Origin: Vitrella brassicaformis CCMP3155
Taxonomy: Eukaryota > Protista > Chromerida
DNA: 13,370 nt
Assembly (NCBI GenBank): GCA_001179505.1
Contig: CDMY01000880.1
Coordinates: 1-13,370 of the forward strand
Direction of reading: 5' to 3'
Shown here piece by piece: positions 8,521 through 13,370 of this stretch. A program made the translations under genes and the position numbers. The stretch's first letter is position 1. Every line of letters begins with the position of its first letter. The notes beneath the pieces were generated by a model that saw only the letters and a list, made by a program, of their open reading frames with translations, was not told the DNA's origin and ran no database searches.

Positions 8521-8906
8521 TTGCTAGTATTTCTCGACTTCTTTGCTTTGATTGGATGTGTCTGACTAACGTTTCTGGACATGTCAACAATAATGTTTCG
8601 GCCGCCTGATAAGTATGATTCGCGTTGAGGTCAACGAAGACAATGTTGCATTGCCAACCACACACAGGAAATATGGGCAGCAAATCATAGTCATGGTCAG
8701 CGGAACACCACGTGTAGACGCATCCATGTCCCTACCGACGATACTGTACACACACATCCTGCCTGCCTGCCTGCCTGTCTGCCTGTCTGCCTGCCTGTCG
8801 ATGGATCGATCTTTCTGCATGCATCTCGGCTCCATCGTCGGACCACGCCGCATTCTGTAAGTGCCCCCGACCGACAGCAGCAGACGGCCGGCGGATTTGT
8901 CTGTCG

Positions 8907-9752
8907 TCATGCTGGATCTCTCCACAAGTTGGTGGACTTCTTGTCCGTGTCGACGCCGTGCACCACTATGCTGCTCACCACGTTCACACATCACATAGAC
9001 ACAGACACAGGTGTCAAGCCGCTGGTTTGCCTTGTGTGGTGGATCGCTTCTCTCACCTGAACGCAGCGCTGCCGAGGACGGCCGTGGCGAAAAAGTTGGC
9101 CGACTCACGACCAACTACCGAACTGCACACACACACACACAAACACACCGGACTACACACCAGACAACCCCACTTGGAGACCATTCGTCTGTGTGTGAGT
9201 GTGTGTGTGGGGGTTTTCTCCCTCACACGAGTGCGCCGGCCACAGCCCCTCCAGTGCCGGCGTCCAGCGGGTAGGGCACCCCGATGCGCCGCAGAGCACA
9301 TGACATGAACGACGTCACAACTGAGCCAACGCACACAACCGTCCATCAAACACACAGACAATCCGACAATAAAGCAGCCTGTCTTGTCTGCAGTGCGTCT
9401 GTGTGTGTTTGGCTGTTGGATGGACAGATGACTTACAGCACCAAGATCCGAAGTACAGGGCGGTCTTGCCCGTCAGCAGACTCCGACGGCCAATCCACCG
9501 CACGCCGCGCAACACTGACGAGTGTGGGTGGATCTTGCCCGAAGAGGGCGGCCGAGATGATGACACGCCTGCACTCGGCTGCTGATGAGTGGGAGTGGCA
9601 TTGCTGCTGCTGCTGCCAGGTTTGCGCTTGGGTGTGTGGAGTTCTTTGGCGAATAGAATGCCGAAGACTGTGCCCGATACGATGCCGCGGAAGAAGGACT
9701 CGACGCTGCCGTCCAGACAGGCCACCTCGGGCGGCACCACCACCAGCGACAT
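8907..9752 (-). CDS. Tim17/Tim22/Tim23 (PRAT) family membrane translocase subunit, 179 aa
   Basis: Exons 9752-9437, 9320-9227, 9122-9057 and 8970-8907 total 540 nt. All introns are GT-AG and phase-consistent. Protein: MSLVVVPPEVACLDGSVESFFRGIVSGTVFGILFAKE…TGKTALYFGSWCFVTSFMSCALRRIGVPYPLDAGTGGAVAGALVSVVGRESANFFATAVLGSAAFSIVVHGVDTDKKSTNLWRDPA*. It has four Gly-rich (GxxxG-type) hydrophobic segments in the family arrangement. Subfamily is not determined. Confidence 0.75.
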
Positions 9753-9995
9753 CGATTCTATGGATAGACGATGAAATGAGAGGAGGAGATGAGATCTCAA
9801 CTCACTGCCAACTTCTCACTGCCCGCTGAAGGACGGACAATGTCATGTTGATGATCTCTTCTCAGGTCACTCTTCGTGTCTACACCTCCCCAGGGATTTG
9901 AGCTCGCGGGCAGACTTGCAGATCTGACTCATCTCAGTGCCGCGTGACACCGAGGGCCATGGCCTGAGCGCATTAAGCAATCGTCTGTTGAAGTC
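9753..9995. promoter_or_regulatory. Putative compact bidirectional promoter between the divergent Tim17-family and GAA1 start codons (second copy 10767-11024)
   Basis: 243 bp (258 bp in the second copy) between head-to-head ATGs. CTCA(C/G)TGCC occurs three times (9801, 9815, 9933). Promoter function is inferred from gene arrangement only. Confidence 0.55.
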
Positions 9996-10376
9996 ATGGG
10001 TGTTGTCCGCGACGGCGTGGCGACCTTCTTGGCGCCCCGTCTGCGGCAGATCTCCCTCCTGGTGGCCCTCGCAGGCGCCATCTGGCTCAGCATGTTCGAC
10101 GCATTCGACAGACCAACAGTCATCGAAGAGCACGGCCTCGTCCCGGGCTATGCACAGCACGGCTTCAGCACATCACACAGCAGCCAGCAGCTGGGCGCCA
10201 TGAGGCAAGAGCTAAGAGAAGCGACGGCTGACGGATCATCTTCAAGGTCATCGTCTCATGCTGCTGCTACTGGTGCTGGTGGTGGTGGTGGTGGTGGTGT
10301 GGCGGGGCACCTGCAGTCGGCCCTTGAGCAGTCGGGCCTGCCTGCCTACAACATCAGCTGGAGCTGCTTCGATGGG
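9996..10376 (+). CDS. GPAA1: Second copy of the GAA1 5' end, cut off by an assembly gap (alternative haplotype or paralog)
   Basis: Open reading frame nearly identical to 11025-11390. It differs by substitutions and in-frame indels only (extra Ala; Gly7 vs Gly3) and runs into the Ns at 10377. Confidence 0.7.
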
Positions 10377-10676
10377 NNNNNNNNNNNNNNNNNNNNNNNN
10401 NNNNNNNNNNNNNNNNNNNNNNNNNNNNNNNNNNNNNNNNNNNNNNNNNNNNNNNNNNNNNNNNNNNNNNNNNNNNNNNNNNNNNNNNNNNNNNNNNNNN
10501 NNNNNNNNNNNNNNNNNNNNNNNNNNNNNNNNNNNNNNNNNNNNNNNNNNNNNNNNNNNNNNNNNNNNNNNNNNNNNNNNNNNNNNNNNNNNNNNNNNNN
10601 NNNNNNNNNNNNNNNNNNNNNNNNNNNNNNNNNNNNNNNNNNNNNNNNNNNNNNNNNNNNNNNNNNNNNNNNNNNN
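10377..10676. other. Assembly gap (300 N)
   Basis: Run of exactly 300 N. Confidence 1.
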
Positions 10677-10766
10677 GAAGACTGTGCCCGATACGATGCC
10701 GCGGAAGAAGGACTCGACGCTGCCGTCCAGACAGGCCACCTCGGGCGGCACCACCACCAGCGACAT
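10677..10766 (-). other. Duplicate of the first 30 codons of the Tim17-family gene, truncated by a gap
   Basis: Identical to 9663-9752 (MSLVVVPPEVACLDGSVESFFRGIVSGTVF). Confidence 0.8.
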
Positions 10767-11024
10767 CGATTCTATGGATAGACGATGAAATGAGAGGAGG
10801 AGATGAGATCTCAACTCACTGCCAACTTCTCACTGCCCGCTGAAGGACGGACAATGTCATGTTGATGATCTTGATGATCTCTCAGGTCATTCTTCGTATC
10901 CAAACCTCCCCAGGGATTTAAGCTCGCGGTGGAAAGGGGCAGACTTGAAGATCTGACTCATCTCACTGCCGCGTGACACCGAGGACGATGGCCTCAGCGC
11001 ATTAAGCAATCGTCTGTTGAAGTC

Positions 11025-13370
11025 ATGGGTGTTGTCCGCGACGGCGTGGCCTCCTTCTTAGCGCCCCGTTTGCGGCAGATCTCCCTCCTGGTGGCCCTCG
11101 CAGGCGCCATCTGGCTCAGCATGTTCGACGCATTCGACAGACCAACAGTCATCGAAGAGCACGGCCTCGTCCCGGGCTATGCACAGCACGGCTTCAGCAC
11201 ATCACACAGCAGCCAGCAGCTGGGCGCCACGAGGCAAGAGCTGAGAGAAGCGACGGCTGACGTATCATCTAGAAGGTCATCGTCTCATGCTGCTACTGGT
11301 GCTGGTGGTGGTGTGGCGGGGCACCTGCAGTCGGCCCTTGAGCGGTCGGGGCTGCCAGCCTACAACATCAGCTGGAGCTACTTCGATGGGGAGGTGCGGG
11401 GCACGACAGTTGTGGCGGTGGTGCCGTCTGCTCGTGGCGACTCGAGGGAGAGCATCGTGCTCGTCATGGCCTCGGACTGGCGCGACAGGGACGACACGGC
11501 CACTCCCGCAGTGGGGCTCGCACTGGCGGACTACCTGCAGACGGTTCAGTGGCTTGCGCGTGACGTCATTGTGATCTTCACCGACCGGACGCTGCCGTAC
11601 GCCGCAGGTCAGACACACACAGACAGGCAGACGGCTGTGAATGGATGGATGTGTGTGGTTTGTCTGCAGGGGTCCGTGCGTTCCTTGACGGCTATTTGCG
11701 TGACAAGGCGCCCTTTCCCCGCAGGGGCCTCATGCGCCAGGCCGTCATATTCGAGATCGACAAGGACCGCCCCAACCAAGTCGCCGTGACACTGGACATC
11801 GGTACGCACAGCATTTGCAACTAAATGGGTCTTGCGTATGTGTGTCTGTGTGCAGAGGGTGTGAACGGTCTGCAGCCGAACCAGGACCTGGTCAACGCCT
11901 ATGCGATAGAGGCCAAGCAGGACGGCATTAGAGCGGAGCCCAGAGAGGCCTGGGATTCCGTCAACCGAATGGCCACCGATGCCGGGGCCGACCGAATCCA
12001 CTCGGCCTTCCTGCAGTAAGTCCATCATGCACACAATCATAAGGCAATGAAGTGTTCGCTTCCTGCCCTTGTTGCCGTCAGGCGTGCCATCCCTGCGTTG
12101 ACCGCAGTGGCCTCGTCTAACCCGCGGGGCGGCAACGGCCAGCCCAAACTGACTCAGCTGGGCGGGTAAGGTCCATGTGTACTGATCCCCTTCCCTCTCT
12201 CTGAGTATGCTGTGTGTGTCTTATGTGTGCATGCAGCTCGTTGGAGGGCATCTTGCGTTGCCAGAGCAGCGCTCTGCAGGCGCTGCACCATTCCTTCAAC
12301 TTCTACTTCTTCACCAGACCCAACAGCCACGTGTCGTCCGGCCTCTACCTCTACCCCGTGTTCGGCATGCTCATGCCGCTCGCCGCAGCGGTCAGCCAAT
12401 GGATGGATGGATGGATGGATTTGTCTGTCTTGGCTGGTGCTGGTTTGGTCGTCAGACGTTTCAGTGTCGGGTGTTTAGTGACGTGGGAGCTGTGATGCTT
12501 GGCGCGACCGTCATGCTCTCGGGCGTCATCGCAGGCAGCCTCACGTCTTTCGCACTGGCCACACAGGTGAGATCGGTCACACACAGCCAGAAAGCGGGGA
12601 ACTTTGGTTTGCATGCTGGCCCTTGTCTCTTCTTCAGAGTGGTCTTGTGGACCAGCTGTCATCTTGGGGCATTGGGGGTCTGCTCCCATCAGCATCCTCC
12701 CTCCTTCGCTGGAGGCATGCAGGCCTCCTCACCCCGTCATGCACACCAGCAGCTGCACACGACAAGCGCCAAGTGCGGACGGCCAGAAAGGTCAGCACAT
12801 CGAGAGGCTGCACTCCACGGCACCGCACCACTCACCGTGTGCTGTGCTGTGCTGTGTGTTGCAGAAGGCGTCTGTGTGGGTGTGGGTGGCGCTGATGGGC
12901 TACGCCGCCGTCGGTCTCATCTGTTTGGTCAGTGAGGCGCTCATTCGACAGCCACGATCATCACGCCAGCCAGCCAAAGGCGACAGCGTGGCAAAGGGGA
13001 ACGAAGCGACGGGTGAAGGGGAGCCGAGCATCCGTGAGATGCCGCCGCTGTGGATGTGCGTCAAGAGTGTGGCGAGGGCGATGGCCATTCTCACATTGGC
13101 ACCACTCACGGTGAGCGAGCCAAGCCGAATCCATCCATCCATCCATTGATTTGGTGTCGACCCCCTTCCCTTTTGTTTAGGTGTACAACTGGGCTGCGTC
13201 AGTGTACTTGACGCCATTAGTGGTGCCGCCGCTCCTGCTGGTGGAGCCTCTTACCTCACTCATCGATGCGCCACAGCAGCCGACGACCGCCCAATCGCCC
13301 CCGCAGCACAGCGGCAGATGGCGGTGGAAATGGCGGCCTCGGCTGCGACGAAGCCATCTGTTCGTCCTGC
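11025..13370 (+). CDS. GPAA1: GPI-anchor transamidase subunit GAA1/GPAA1, 3'-partial
   Basis: Exons 11025-11607, 11670-11801, 11856-12015, 12082-12165, 12237-12390, 12456-12566, 12638-12790, 12865-13110 and 13181->13370 are all GT-AG and phase-consistent. Gaa1 motifs follow an N-terminal TM segment: EEHGLVPG, ARGDSRESIVL, VGLALADYLQTVQWLARDVIVIFTD, LDIEGVNGLQPNQDLVN, HSAFLQRAIPALT, SLEGILRCQSSALQALHHSFNFYF…VSSGLY, then multiple C-terminal TM segments. Confidence 0.92.

Larger units (their letters stand above)
9663..11390. repeat. Direct duplication 9663-10376 / 10677-11390 (714 bp each) flanking a 300-N gap
   Basis: Direct alignment. The first ~190 bp are identical; the remainder has roughly 20 or more substitutions and 4 indels. 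Confidence 0.95.

Noticed and set aside
8562-8570. CTGACTAAC, a canonical-looking branch-point motif
   Set aside because: No matching nearby 3' splice site or exon, and the supported introns here do not use this motif, so it is probably chance.
7292-8906. Possible additional protein-coding gene between genes 1 and 2
   Set aside because: The ORFs are microsatellite-derived or span Ns, and I could not build a phase-consistent exon chain with protein-like content.
9403-9774. Plus-strand ORF pair separated by TGC-TGA-TGA, resembling a selenoprotein Cys-Sec read-through
   Set aside because: It is the antisense shadow of Tim17-family exon 1, which has a coherent spliced structure on the minus strand. 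I recognised no selenoprotein fold or SECIS.
9753-9800. TTG-initiated N-terminal extension (MRSHLL…) given by the ORF track
   Set aside because: This is a prokaryote-style alternative start in eukaryotic DNA; the first in-frame ATG (9752) already gives a normal family N-terminus.
9284-9829. 181-aa plus-strand ORF with a poly-Cys stretch
   Set aside because: Antisense to the Tim17-family gene; the Cys run comes from a (CTG)n poly-Ser tract on the other strand.
1-13370. tRNA, rRNA or snoRNA genes
   Set aside because: No cloverleaf, rRNA-conserved motif or convincing box C/D pair with terminal stem was seen. An Infernal/tRNAscan run would be needed to exclude them formally.

Overview
Eukaryotic, intron-rich, GC-rich genomic DNA with four fixed-length 300-N assembly gaps. 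The short (about 55-190 nt) microsatellite-filled introns resemble a chromerid alveolate such as Vitrella; this is inference from style only. I reconstructed three genes by hand from splice sites and reading-frame phase. (1) 1-7291 (+), 5'-partial: a large, internally duplicated RNA-binding protein with two eIF4B/eIF4H-like RRM modules, a D/R/Y/G-rich tract, a GYF domain, repeated E/P/A/K-rich blocks and an RGG-like tail. (2) 9752-8907 (-): a complete 4-exon, 179-aa Tim17/Tim22/Tim23-family membrane protein. (3) 11025->13370 (+), 3'-partial: GPI transamidase subunit GAA1/GPAA1, head-to-head with gene 2. The 5' ends of genes 2 and 3 occur twice across a gap, probably as unmerged haplotypes. The most notable signals are the RRM+GYF architecture, RRM copies whose exons are far more diverged than the neighbouring introns, and introns with complementary 5' AC-rich and 3' UG-rich arms. 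No prokaryotic features, CRISPR arrays, RNA genes or transposase were found.
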